Position numbers and translations under genes: made by a program | NCBI RefSeq assembly: GCF_009914755.1 | Contig: NC_060938.1 | DNA length: 64,000 nt | Reading direction: 5' to 3' (one strand) | From: the human T2T-CHM13v2.0 reference genome, Homo sapiens | Notes under the pieces: model-generated | What the model was told of the DNA's origin: nothing | Seen by the model: only the letters and a program-made list of their open reading frames with translations | Database searches by the model: none | Shown here: positions 30,647 to 42,312 of the stretch, piece after piece | How positions within the stretch are numbered: the stretch's first letter is position 1 | Layout of the letters: each line of letters opens with the position of its first letter

Positions 30647-31728
30647 GCATTTATTCAACCAAAGTTTTATAGGACATGAAAGACTTCAGAAATGAAGAAC
30701 CCAAGACTCAGGGAAAAGTGTCTATTTTTGTGCTTAGGTTTGATGAAGAATGGATAGTCATGTAGAAGTATAATTGGTCAAAAAGAAGGTGTGGCCTAAT
30801 GGTAATAAACTGAGGGGAACATAGCAAGGCCTGTTTGTTCTTTCCTCTGGGCATAGGGCAGGACACCTGTTACATGAGGGTCTTATGACCTACTTTCAGG
30901 GAAAGCAGGTCAAAGAATTCTCTTATGGCCAGCTGTCACACAGAAAGGAAGGAGAAGGTCTGAAAATGGCCTTCTTGTTTCTGTTTTCTTCCCAATTTCC
31001 GAGGCATTGTATTTTGCAGTAACATGTCCTGAATCCTGATGCCACTGAATTGTGTACTTGAAAAGGATGAATTTTGTGGTATGTGAATTATATCTCAATA
31101 AGATTGTTACTAATGACCCACAGATTTGTCATTAATTTCCCATGAGGTAAAGGCAGTTGTTTCTTTCCACAGATAAAACCTAATAATATCTTTCTGCAGA
31201 TATATCAGGTAGCTTGTTGGCCACCTGATTTTTAACTCCTTACCATCAGGTGATATTAGGCAAGTTACTGGCTTGACTCCTGGGGCCTTATTACTCTCCT
31301 TTGAATAATTAGCACACTAATACCTACAACTAAGGGCCATGTGGGAGGTCAAATGCATTGGCCCATGCGTGAAGCCTACCACTGAGCTTAACAGATGGAC
31401 AATGAGCTCAGTCCCTATCCTTTCCTCCTCCTACCTTAGAAGACCTGTAAAGCACCTGGGCCAGTGGCAAAGCAAGTTATTAGAATCTGATCACTGAGGT
31501 AGGATCCATTTCCTGGCATCTGAAATAACACATCACCTCTTGAAGCCTGTTTCTCTGCAGCAGTTCAGCATGCTTACGTTCATTAGTTGTCACAGAAAGT
31601 CCTTGTCACTTGCTCTTCGTTCTCATTAAAATCCAGAGCACAGGCTTTATGACTATTACTGAGTGCAGACAGACTCCTCCATGGCTTCCTGTTGGCCGGG
31701 TGGCTCTGCAGCCTTTCCCTCACACACA

Positions 31729-31936
31729 GCAGTGCACTGGCAGATGCTTCACCGCCAGTTCTCTGGGGGATATATATATTCCTGATTTGTAGCATGTGCC
31801 AATTTTCATGGTGTAAATACTCCCACCATGGCTAATTTCAAGCTACCAATGTGATATTACCGAACACAGAGTAGGGAGGAGATGGGCACAGCCAGCTCTC
31901 TCTCAAGATGTGCAAATGTGCCCCAGCATACCGCTG
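31729..31936 (-). mobile_element. MER63-like hAT-Blackjack MITE
   Basis: ggtgtaaatactcccaccatggctaatttcaagctacc matches the remembered MER63 reverse complement. Confidence 0.75.
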
Positions 31937-32897
31937 CCTTTGTGGGATAATTAAACCATCACTGCTTAGCAGAGCTTGTAGGCAGCTACTAGACACAACT
32001 GCTTAGAAAGAAAGGGGTTTCCTCACATGAATTTTCACAGCATGGCACCTCTGCTGGGGCTTCTGATTTCTGAGAGCTCAGCATGTAACACACAAAATTA
32101 TGAGCTTGAAGCTAGGGTTGAAAATCTGCACAGGGATTTAGGGAGGAGGTGAAGAGGTGGTTAAGATCCCACAGTAAGCCTGTTTTGGAGCCGTATGTAT
32201 TTTCACCATGTGTGCACTGGTGTTGGAGACAGCACATTCAGGTCATTCAGAAAGCATCAGACATTATGACTTGCAGCCTGGAAGAACTGAGTTTATGCAT
32301 ATTTGACAAGGTCAGAATCACATAACTAAGGTCCAAGGATTACAGGATGCATGATAAAGAGGAAGGCAAAGGTGTTTGGTGAGTTGGCAGCCTCGTACAC
32401 AGAAGCTATGTAAACCCAAACTAAGGAAGCCCGCAGTCCTCTGTTGGGCTGGCCCATCCCCTTTGGGGTGGCAGGTTAAAGATGGAATGAGTTTCTGAGA
32501 GCAAAAACAAATACTGATTGAGGTGATTATGGAAATGATTTTGAATGCTGAGGCTGTTTAGAGACTGTAGGATGGAATGTGGAGGTGGACGTGTGCTGTT
32601 GTTTGCTTTGAGAATCATCTGGTTAAGGACAGTGGGTTGGTTAGAGCAACCTACCTTCTATAACGAACAAACCCCGGTGATTTCATACAAACACTGTCTT
32701 TCTCACATAACAGTCAAATGCAGGAGTTTCTTGTCTGGCTGGAAGCGAGGCAGCTCTACTTCAGGTAATCATTCAGAGATCCAGGTTGACAGTGCTGTCT
32801 TCAACGTATGACTTTCAATATTTCACTGTCAACAATATCAGCCAGCAAATAGGGGAGCAGCAAGGAAGGAGAGAAGGCATACCTACTTTTAAAAAGT

Positions 32898-33198
32898 ATT
32901 TAATTAATTATTTATTTATTTTTAGAGACAGAGTCTCGCTTTGTTGCCCAGGCTGGAGTGCAATGGTGCAATCATGGCTCACTGCAGTCTTGAATTCCTG
33001 GGCTCAAGCAATCCTTTTGCCTTAGCCTCCTGAGTAGTCAGGGCAACAGGTGTGTACCACCTAGCTTGGCCCATTTTTTATTTTATGTTTTGTAGGGACT
33101 GGGTCTCCCTATGTTGCTGAGGCTGGTTTCAAACTCGTGGCTTCAAGCAATCCTCCCGCCTCCGCCTCCCACAGCACTGGGTGTCACCAAGCCTGGCC
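32898..33198 (-). mobile_element. AluJ
   Basis: Antisense Alu with (ATTT)n tail. Confidence 0.9.
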
Positions 33199-34184
33199 TC
33201 CTATCTACGTTTTAACCACATCTGTTCCATTCACATTTCTCTATGGGCTCCCTTTTGCAACAGGAGCAATTCTTGAACTGAGTGAGCATTAATTGAAGAC
33301 TCTGTGCCTTTATGACAAGTTCTGTGACTTTTCAATCATTGAGTAGACTCTGGCTGGGCAGCCGCTTCCCAAGAAAAGACCTGCATTACAGAGGGGAACA
33401 AAATCTTTGGTGGGCAGTAAGCTCTGTCTGCCATAGATAGGAGCAAAATGTGCCCAAAACGGTGCTAACCAAGAGTTTTCTTTTGTTAAGACTATCTGTA
33501 CTTAAACAAGCTGGACAAGTTAGCATTTTATCTCATATGTTTCCTTTCAGAGGAAACTTCACATTAGTCAAGACAGTGTGGTTCTATGTTAAACTGATAG
33601 GGCCTGGTGAATTGCCCTGGGTCTCTCCCCAGCAGGGCGGTTCTTGAGGGTGTGGCCTTTCAGCACTGGGGGAGCTATTAACTGAAGGCCCCCTGCCCTT
33701 CCTTCCATAACAACTCCTCTGATTCTTAGTTCCTGAGGCTCTTGTTAAATCCACTAATTTACTAACTCACTGCCCTTGGGATTTTAATTGAAACCAGCAT
33801 GAGTAACATGCTTTGGCAATTATTGGGACAAATAAAGTTTCATCCTTTACCCCCAACTAAAGTCACTTGCTAAGGATTCAAACCTATTCCATTTCTTTTC
33901 ATGCCCAGAGATTTCTAGATTTATTTCCTCAGACTCAAGCCTGGAAGACAATGAACAGTAGATTAACATATTGAAAACTGATGTTTTGGCCAGAGAAAAT
34001 ATCTGTTCCTCAGTGTTTTGCATATGTAGGGGCACAGTGATCCACTTCATTTGTTCTCCTCATACAGAAAAGCAGACAGTTAATTTAGCTTATGGCAATC
34101 AGTGTAGATGTCAGGCAAGTGACCGGGCAAGACTGTGGTGCTGATTGCAACAAACAATGGGAGAGAAGGGCCCGGCCATGGCTT

Positions 34185-34852
34185 TGAAACTGCCTTTGCA
34201 AAATTATGATGGTGAGAGAAATCTGACATGGCTCATTCCATCTTGTTTCTAGCCTTACAGGGTGGTTGTCTTTGCTCATTCCTGGGTGTGGGCCAAGCTG
34301 ACTTTGGGAGAAATTTATAGTTTAAATGATAATAGCCCTTCCACAGAACTAAACTGTTCTTGTAAAACTAATGAAAGGGCCACCAAGTTAGGGGGATGAA
34401 AAGGGCTAGAATTACCAGCCATTATCCTGCAGCTCATAAGATTTGCAACTTCCCCAATTACTCTTGCAGATAACATCACTATTGTAGAACCTAGGACTGG
34501 CCTTTTGAGATGTCTTTTCAGGTTTTTGCATTTCTAACAATGGGACGGCCCCACCTGGACCTGCCAACCAGTCCTGTGGCCCCCACCCAGGAACTGACTC
34601 AGCCACAATAGGACAGCTTCAGTTCTTATGATTTCCTCTCTGACCCAGCCAATCAGCATGCCCCCTACCCTAGCCCCTTGCACACCAAATTATCTTTGAA
34701 AAAAACCCTAACCTATGAGCACTTGGGGAGATTGATTTGAGTAATAACTGTCTCCTCATGTCAATTGAACTCTTTCTTTACTGCAATGCCATGGTCTTGG
34801 TAAGTTGATTTTGTTTGTGCAGCAGGCAGGAAGAACCCATCGGGTGGTTATA
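34185..34852 (+). mobile_element. LTR8-family ERV1 solo LTR
   Basis: tgaaactgcctttgcaaaattat start; 4-bp TSD gctt on both sides. Confidence 0.85.
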
Positions 34853-35020
34853 GCTTGCTTAGGTGAGCACTGTGCAGAGGAGCATGAGTCATCAGCTATC
34901 CCCAAGATATTCACAGCTCTGTTCAAATGTGAAGATTGGCAACTTCATACTTTTCTTTTGATGATGTTCCAAAAGCCATTTGGTGGGCTTTAATATTTGT
35001 GCCCAAGATAGTCATTCAGA

Positions 35021-36095
35021 TGAAACCTCCTTTGCAAAAATTGTAACAGTGAGAAAATTAAGACAGTGAAAGAGACCTGACCTAACTGACTCCATCTTGC
35101 CTTTAAACTCCAAGCTGCCTTTGTTTATTCCCGGGGTAGGCCAAGCTAACTTTGAAAGGAATTTAGTTTATAGTTTAACTTTGAAACAAAGATGATAACA
35201 GCCTCTCCCCAAACAAACTCTCTCCTTGCTTGGTGTATTAGTCTGTTTTCACAATGCTATAAAGATACTACCTGAGACTGGGTAATTTATAAAGGAAAGC
35301 AGTTTAATTGACTCACAGTTCTGCATGGCTGGAGAGGCCTCAGGAAACTTACAATCATGGCAAAAGGGGAAAGCAGGCATGTCTTACATGGCGGCAGGTG
35401 GGAGAGTGAAAAGCCCAGGGGAAACTGCAATTTATAAAACCATGAGATCTTGTGAGAACTCCCTGTCATGAGAACAGCAAAGAGGAAACCACCCCCATGA
35501 TCCAATTACCTCCCACCAGGTCTCTCCCTCAACACCTGGGGATTACAATACAAGATGAGATTTGGGTGGGGACTCGAAGCCTAACCATATCACTTGGAGA
35601 CCAGGTTGCCTTTGTAAAACCAACAATTAGTGACAAGATTAGAGATTATGGTTCAGGAGTCTTGTAGCTACAGGCCACAAGATCACTAATCACCCCAGTT
35701 GCTCCTATAGATGGCATCACTATCATAAAGATTGGTGTTTGAGATATTTTTCAGACTCTGTATTCTGATGGATCAGCTGGTGCCACCCAGACCAGTAAAC
35801 TGGCTCATCTCATGGTCCCCACCTGGGAACAAACTCAGTGCAAGAGGACAGCTTTGACTCCCTGTGATTCCATCCCTGACCTGACCAATCAGTATTCCCC
35901 ATTCCCTAGGCCCCTGCCTGCCAAACTATCTTTTAAAAATCCTAGCCTCTAAATTTTCATGGAGGCTGAATAAAACTGCAATCTTCTGTTCAGCCAGCTC
36001 TGTATGAATTAAACTCTTTCTCTTTAGCAATTCCCCTGTCTTGATAAATTCACTCTGTCTAATCAGAAGCAAGATGAACCCATCAAGCTGTTACA
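35021..36095 (+). mobile_element. LTR8-family solo LTR with a THE1/MST LTR inserted at 35234-35592 (-)
   Basis: tgaaacctcctttgcaaaaatt ... ctgttaca; TSD caga/cagc; inner LTR has a perfect 5-bp TSD cttgg. Confidence 0.88.
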
Positions 36096-36674
36096 CAGCC
36101 TTCCACAAAAGACAATGGATTAATGCTACCAACTATTTCCAGGCAGCTCAGCCAGTGAGGGCTAAAAACATTGAAGATTTCTGTGTTGAAAATCCCCTCT
36201 TCCTATCTCACTCTCTATTGCCTCTCTGTAGCTTCTTTTTCCTTTTATTGTTGTCCTTGATATTTCACCAATGTGAACTTGGTAGGGAGTATGGCCCTCA
36301 GATGACAAACCAGATCCCAGACATTAGACCCTCCTAGAGTTAACACTGACCAGAGGTGTCTAATTGCCAGGATGGGGATATGCCTTGGAGCCAATTTTCT
36401 TCTACATGATTGGGGTGAGAAATTGAATGGCTCCCACAGGGCTCTAGGAATGTGGGTTTGGCTGCAAGAACTCCAAGTAGCCTGATATTATGGAGTCTTC
36501 ACTGAACAAATGCATTTTCTGCACTAGTCAGGATGAAAAAATATCGATTCTTATGCAGACAAACAAGATCGAAATATTCAATTGTGTTTATTTTCTCTGA
36601 GTGACAATCCATCTATCTTTTAGTATTTCCCTTACTAGGAAAGTTTAATGTGGAAAAATACTAGAGCTCATTCA

Positions 36675-36855
36675 GGAACGGCAAATAGATAACATTTCAC
36701 ATGTGATCTCTAATAGATTGGTTGTGCCTGTCTGGAGAGTTATGCTAAGCAGAATTCTGACACTGCATCTACTTTTTGCATGAAAAACAGTCACAGTTGA
36801 TTAGTAATGTCTGCCCTGGGTGCAGGAGTCAGAGCAGTAGACATGTTTACCACAT
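36675..36855 (+). mobile_element. MER102-like hAT-Charlie fragment
   Basis: ggcaaatag..tttca..ctctaatagattgg..tgattagtaatgtctgcc. Confidence 0.45.
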
Positions 36856-38064
36856 TCACTCATTCATTCAGTCACCAAATATTGAGTGCCTATATTGCAT
36901 GCAAGGGACTCTTCTAGGGGCTATGGCACAGTTGTAGTTGCTGAGGTTCTGTTCTAGGTAGAGGGCAGTGTTCTAAAAGCTGACTGTATTTACTATTCCT
37001 AAGTGACTCATCAATTTACAAGTCTTGATAGGTCAAATGATTCATCCAAGGCCACAAAATCAGTAAGAGTCAACAGGAACACAGGACTCTGACTTCCTTG
37101 TTGTCTACCTTGTGACCCTCTCACCATCACCTGGGTGAACTGTTTATCAGCAATTTTTATTCTAAAGCTGTAGTTGCAGAAAACTTCTTGACCTACTCCC
37201 ATCTTTTTGTTCAATGGTGGACCTTCAATGTGGGCTGTAGCCTGGGAATAAGGAGACGTTTCTTCCTTCTTGGAACCTTCCATGCAGAATCACCTGCCGT
37301 TTTCAAGAATGTAACAGAGGCAGCAAAGCATGTGGAAAATTCCTCTTTGTTGGCAAAGACCAATGTGACATTTAGTTGAATGAGGATATTATTGAAAGGC
37401 CCTATAGGGGTTAACAGTGCCTGCGGGGAGTGGGAGCTTCATGGATCAAGGTATCACATGGTAGTTGGGTGAGTTTTTCCATGTCTGAATTCCAGGAAAT
37501 TTTCCCTGATATGGTTCTGTTGTTCAAAGTAAGCCTGTTCTGCCCAGGGCTTTTGAAAGTAGGCGTGTCTAGATGGGTGGTGGAAGGGCACCTGGGGGGA
37601 GAGATTATATTTTCTCAGTAGAATCCAGTTTATTCCACCAGTTCCTGAGCTCCCCACTGCACACCCATACTTTGGGGAAGGGTGTGTGTGCCTCCCTGCT
37701 GGGCTTTTCATCTGAACTTCAAAGCACTGCAAAACAGACTACTCTGTCTCTTTTCCTGCCTGGTCTCCATGGAAAAATGGTGAGATCTGACCTCCTCCCA
37801 GTGTCTGAACTTCCTACTCAAAGCTTTGGAGGCCCTGGATTAAGATTCCAGGAAGGGCAAAACCCAAGCCACAAGTGGGGAAGGCTTTGTTTCATGCACA
37901 TGAATCATTCTTTCAAAGAAATCATGAAGAGGCTCATTTATGTAACTGTGTCTATTTAAGGATTTTTCGAGAGGGTTTCTAGGAAGTTAACAAAAATCTG
38001 AGATATTCTAAAACACCTCTACCCATGGGGCACTGTTCTAACAAGCTCACTATCTGTCATTAGA

Positions 38065-38491
38065 TGTAGCAGGAGTTGTTGGCGCCCGGCCCAAGTCCCC
38101 TTAGTCTATGGTGGACATCATTCATAGACAGCTCCTGTACAGGCACAATGGCTTCCTCGGCTCCCTGGATGAGAATATTCTCTGGCTGTGCTTCCTGGGA
38201 ACAGACTTGAAGTGCTGGGGAATCAATACTCCAGGAGCCTCGCTCAGCCAATAAGGGACACAGTGATCAATTCTGAGATGTGTGCTGCACAGTCCCTAAG
38301 AGGGTCCCAGTAGGACTGAGTCCTGGCTGTCTGCAATTGCAAGTTTCTCATTTATACTCCTTAATTGGCTCGCTTCCCTTCCCTATCTCAACTTCCAGCT
38401 CAGTCATTGTGCATTCTGGTCACCTCCACAGAAACACTTGCACCTAAATCCTGGTCTCAGGGTTGGTTTATGGAGGAACCTAAACTAAGAC
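38065..38491 (+). mobile_element. LTR16-like ERVL LTR
   Basis: agggtcccagtaggactgag; acacttgcacctaaatcctggtctcaggg..aacctaaactaagac. Confidence 0.7.
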
Positions 38492-39584
38492 CTGACAAAC
38501 CTCTATGTCTTCTGCAGGGCCAAGCTGCCAAGAACTTCTTGAGGTCTGCAGTCTTCTCCTCTCTCTCTTGTTAGGTAGATGGATGTTTGCCCAGCCGGGA
38601 TTTACCTTTTCCAGGGCAGGAGGCATCACAATGTGGACAAAGTAAGATCCACAACTTGATGGAGATACCAGACTGACCCAGAGAGACTGCATCATTACTA
38701 AGCCCAGCACCTGCCTGGGTGGTAATAAAGAGGGAGAGCTCAGTGTCAGTGGCCGTGAGATGACCCCCACCTGGTCATTGACACACCAGGTGGTGAGTGT
38801 GGATCAGCGTTTAAGAACATCCACATGATCCTGATGGGGGGCTAAAAGCAACTGGCTGGTTTGGGAAGACGAGTAGCTGGCAGTGCCCACTCTGTTGGGG
38901 ACTGTGGGCAGAGGGAAGGTATGATCAAGAGATAGTCTCTGCTCTAGAGGAGCACAGGGTCTCTTTTCCTTGTGAAAATCAGTCTCTTTATTCCCTTTGA
39001 GTAGCTACATAAACCATCTCCTAGTGAATGCCAAATCCTCAGGCAAAATGGCCTTGTGTGCCTGGTGCAGGACATATTAACCATGTCATGGGTTTGAATC
39101 CATATTGGACCATGGTTACAACCAAAGCCAACTGACCTTCCTCCTCTTCCTGTCATAGCTGAGGTTGAATCATGTGACTTATCGGACATCTTTGTCTGCC
39201 CTACTTTTAGGTGACACAGCTAGGAAGAACAGTCACTCGTCCCCAGCCCAGCTGGAGGGCTGAGCCACGTGTCTATAGAGTATCAGTGACCTTCAGCCCC
39301 TGCTGCTTGTAACAAGTGTAGGGCCAGGTTCAGTTGTGTGGTATTGGCAGGGAAGGGGGAGAAGGAAAAGGGGGAAAGAAATAACCCTTTTGAAAGGAGT
39401 AGTCCTTATTTGAGAAATAGGAGGCATTCATTTTTGGTGCATTTCTTTCTTCCACACTTCCCTGTGGTGCCTTCAAAGGCCTGGCCTTGCCCGTGCTCTG
39501 GGCTCCTCTCCACTCCTTCAGGACCAGCTAAGCTGGAAACTAGTGAGCACTGGGAGGTGACCAAGTGCAAATGGGTTAACATGT

Positions 39585-39785
39585 TGCTAATGATAATAGC
39601 TAATACTTGTTGAGCGCTCACTTTGTATAGGCACTCTGCTAAGGACGGCACAAGAATTACTTTGTCTAATTATCTCAACAATCCCAGGAATTAGGCACTA
39701 TAATTAGTTCTATTTTTAAGATAAGAAGCTGAGACACAAATGTTAACTTTCCCAAGATCACACTAGTAAGGAGTCGGGCCAGTAT
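39585..39785 (-). mobile_element. MIR
   Basis: ataatagctaatacttgttgagcgctcact..aggcactctgctaag..tttttaagataagaagctgagac. Confidence 0.75.
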
Positions 39786-39817
39786 GTTTTTAACAAATGT
39801 TAATTCGGTACCTTCTA

Positions 39818-40390
39818 TGTGGTATGAACCCCAAATATCAGAGAGAGGTCTCAGTTAATTTAGGAAGTTTATTTTGCCAAAGGACGCATGCCCATGACAC
39901 AGCCTCAGGAGGTCCTAATGACATGTGCTCAAGGTGGTTGGGGCACAGCTTGGTTTTATACATTTTAGGGAGATGTAAGACATCAATCGATATATGTAAG
40001 AAGTACATTGGTTCTGTCCAGAAAGGTGAGACAACTCAAAGCGGGGAGGGGGCTTCCAGGACATAGGTAGGTAAGAGACAAATGGTTGCATTCTTTTGAG
40101 GTTCTGATTAGCCTCTTGAAAGGAGGCAGTCAGATTTGCATTTATCTTGGTGAGAAGAGGAATGACTTTGAGTTCTGTCTGTCCTTTGTACACAAGGAAA
40201 TTCCTTGTGAGGAAGGTATGTAGGTTTTTTTAAAAAATTATTTTATTTTGTTTTATTTTATTATTATTTTTTAATTTAGTAGCTTTTTCAGGAACAGAAT
40301 GTGAGGTAGGTTTGCCCTAAGCAGTTCCCAGCTTGACTTTTCCCTTTGGCTTAGTGGTTTTGGAATCCCAAGATTTATTGTCCTTTCACA
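39818..40390 (-). mobile_element. MER4A-type ERV1 solo LTR inserted in an L2 fragment
   Basis: Reverse complement begins tgtgaaaggacaataaatcttgggattccaaaaccactaagccaaagggaaaagtcaagctgggaactgc. Confidence 0.87.
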
Positions 40391-42312
40391 GTGCAAGGCA
40401 TTTATTCTAGGTGAACAAGACAGGCTCCCCCTCTAGCAGGTAAGGTCAGGTAAAAATCCAAGAGGCAAACCTAGGAGCAAACTCTAAGATTGTGATTAGT
40501 ACCATGCAGATAATTAAAGGACTGAAGTGCTGGAGCTGCTCAGTGGCCCTTTTCACCTAGGGGATCAGAGAAGGAAGGCTTTTTAGGAAAGGTGACATTG
40601 ACACTGCAGTCTTAGGTCAAGAAGCCAGCCTCTGAAGATGCTGGGGAAGAGAATTTCTGCAAACAGTTGCTGCAGACAACATAGCTGAGGCAAGGACAGA
40701 AAGGAGAGGGAGAGACTCCATGAGAAGAGGGAAGGGAGACGGGGCCCTTCCAGTGACTCCCATGTCACATTTTTCATGTGCCTTTCAAAACTGAAAGGGG
40801 CCCTGAGGCTCTCCTGTAGAAATTAGGACAGGCGGGTAGGTCTTGTGGTTAACAATGTGACGAGGACCAGGGCTCCCAGGGTGGGACCTGGTTCACACCC
40901 AGCCTGCTCCTGGGCTTGGCACTCTGAGCTCATCTGGGAGGCCAGGCTGTGCTTCAGCGTAGGAGTTACCCAGAGGTGTGGTCAGAGGGCTTTGTATCAG
41001 GCCCACGTTATCTCCACTCTTGGCAGGACAAGGTCTGCACAGCCGTCTCTGGGCTTGGTGCCAGCATCTCTCATTGAAAAACAGTGGCACTGATTGTAAT
41101 GATGTTTTGCAAAGGAAACAAGAGAGAGAACGTGACGTGGGCTGAGATGATAGCTCACCACATTTCAGGCCCGGGCGAGTTCCGGTAGCAAAGGTTCGAA
41201 CTCCTCCCTGAGAGTGTTTCCAGGAAACCCCAGGGTGTGAAACTATAGTGCCAGATGTTCTAGTAAAACGAAAACTTCCCAGAACAAATAATAACAATAA
41301 CAGAAGGGTAAATTAGTCTCGTAGATATGAGAGAGAGTGAGCGAGCTCCAACACTGTAACTAGCAGGCACCTGAGTGGTTCTGGACAAATTCCATATGCC
41401 ACATGTCTTGTTTCCTTCTATCCTCTAACCCTTCTCCTCTCTGTGATTTATGGGACCAGCCCGTCTGAACTGCTGAGAAAGCGATCTCAAAGAGGCAAGC
41501 AGCTGGCAAAAGGGGATGTGCAGCCTCCCACAAACAACACATTTCACACATTAAAAAAGACACTCCTGATGGCATGTGTAGACCACATGGTCAAGGCAAA
41601 GCTCGCCATCTAGGTCCTGAGCTATAGCTCTGTGCTATGGAAGGTGGCGTATGTGGCACACTATGCCAGCAATATCCCAAGGTGCTTGAATGGAACAGCT
41701 CTCCCAAACAGACAGAGTTGTGTGAGTTGCTTTGCAGAACAAATGCCTGAGAAAAGGGGGATACATGTGAGGGCTGAGGACTGTGAAGAGCTGTTAAGCA
41801 AACATCATCTACGTTAGGTGCTTTAAAAGCAGGTCAGGAAATTTTCATGTTCATGCCAATTCCACTGTAAACCTGGATTTCCTTAATGCCTAAGTCTTAA
41901 GATGTTCTGATAAAATCATTGCAATCTGGGCAAAGGTGAGGGTTTCACTGGGATGGACTCTCCTAGTTTCCTTGTGTTTGGTGATGGGAAGAACAATGAA
42001 TGTGTCACAGATGTGCATGGGATCAAGTAGGGACTCTGTGCACAATGGTGTGTGTTGTTCCCTGCACAAAGATGTTTGGCCAAGGGGATGAAAGTGGGAC
42101 TGAAACCCCTAGCCAGCATCCTTGGCAAAGTTATTTTCTCTGGTATGGGTCTGTCAGTCCAAGGAAGGGACACATTTTAAAAATTGGTTCTTCTAGCAGG
42201 ATACTGTTTCTAATTCCCACAAAGATGATATTTTATGAATTCTTTTCATGAAGAAAAATACTTTCCATACCACTTTTCTATGATATGAATCTCTTCCTTC
42301 ACTCCCCACCAG

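Larger units (their letters stand above)
29950..31110 (+). mobile_element. L1MB 3' end interrupted by a MER31-like LTR (30185-31041, -)
   Basis: tattgtatgattccatttatatga..agagacagaaagtagattagtggttgcc, resuming at ccactgaattgtgtac; TSD ccac at 30181-30184 and 31042-31045. Confidence 0.82.

Noticed and set aside
34185-36095. Internally deleted provirus bounded by two LTRs
   Set aside because: Each LTR has its own TSD, the LTRs are too dissimilar, and no PBS or PPT is evident in the spacer.
38767-38793. Short inverted repeat ccacctggt-N9-accaggtgg (paired E-boxes)
   Set aside because: 9-bp arms are expected by chance in 64 kb and there is no further support.
41150-41260. tRNA or other Pol III gene around GGTTCGAA
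   Set aside because: No convincing A-box at the right spacing, no cloverleaf and no terminator; kept only as a motif within the enhancer candidate.
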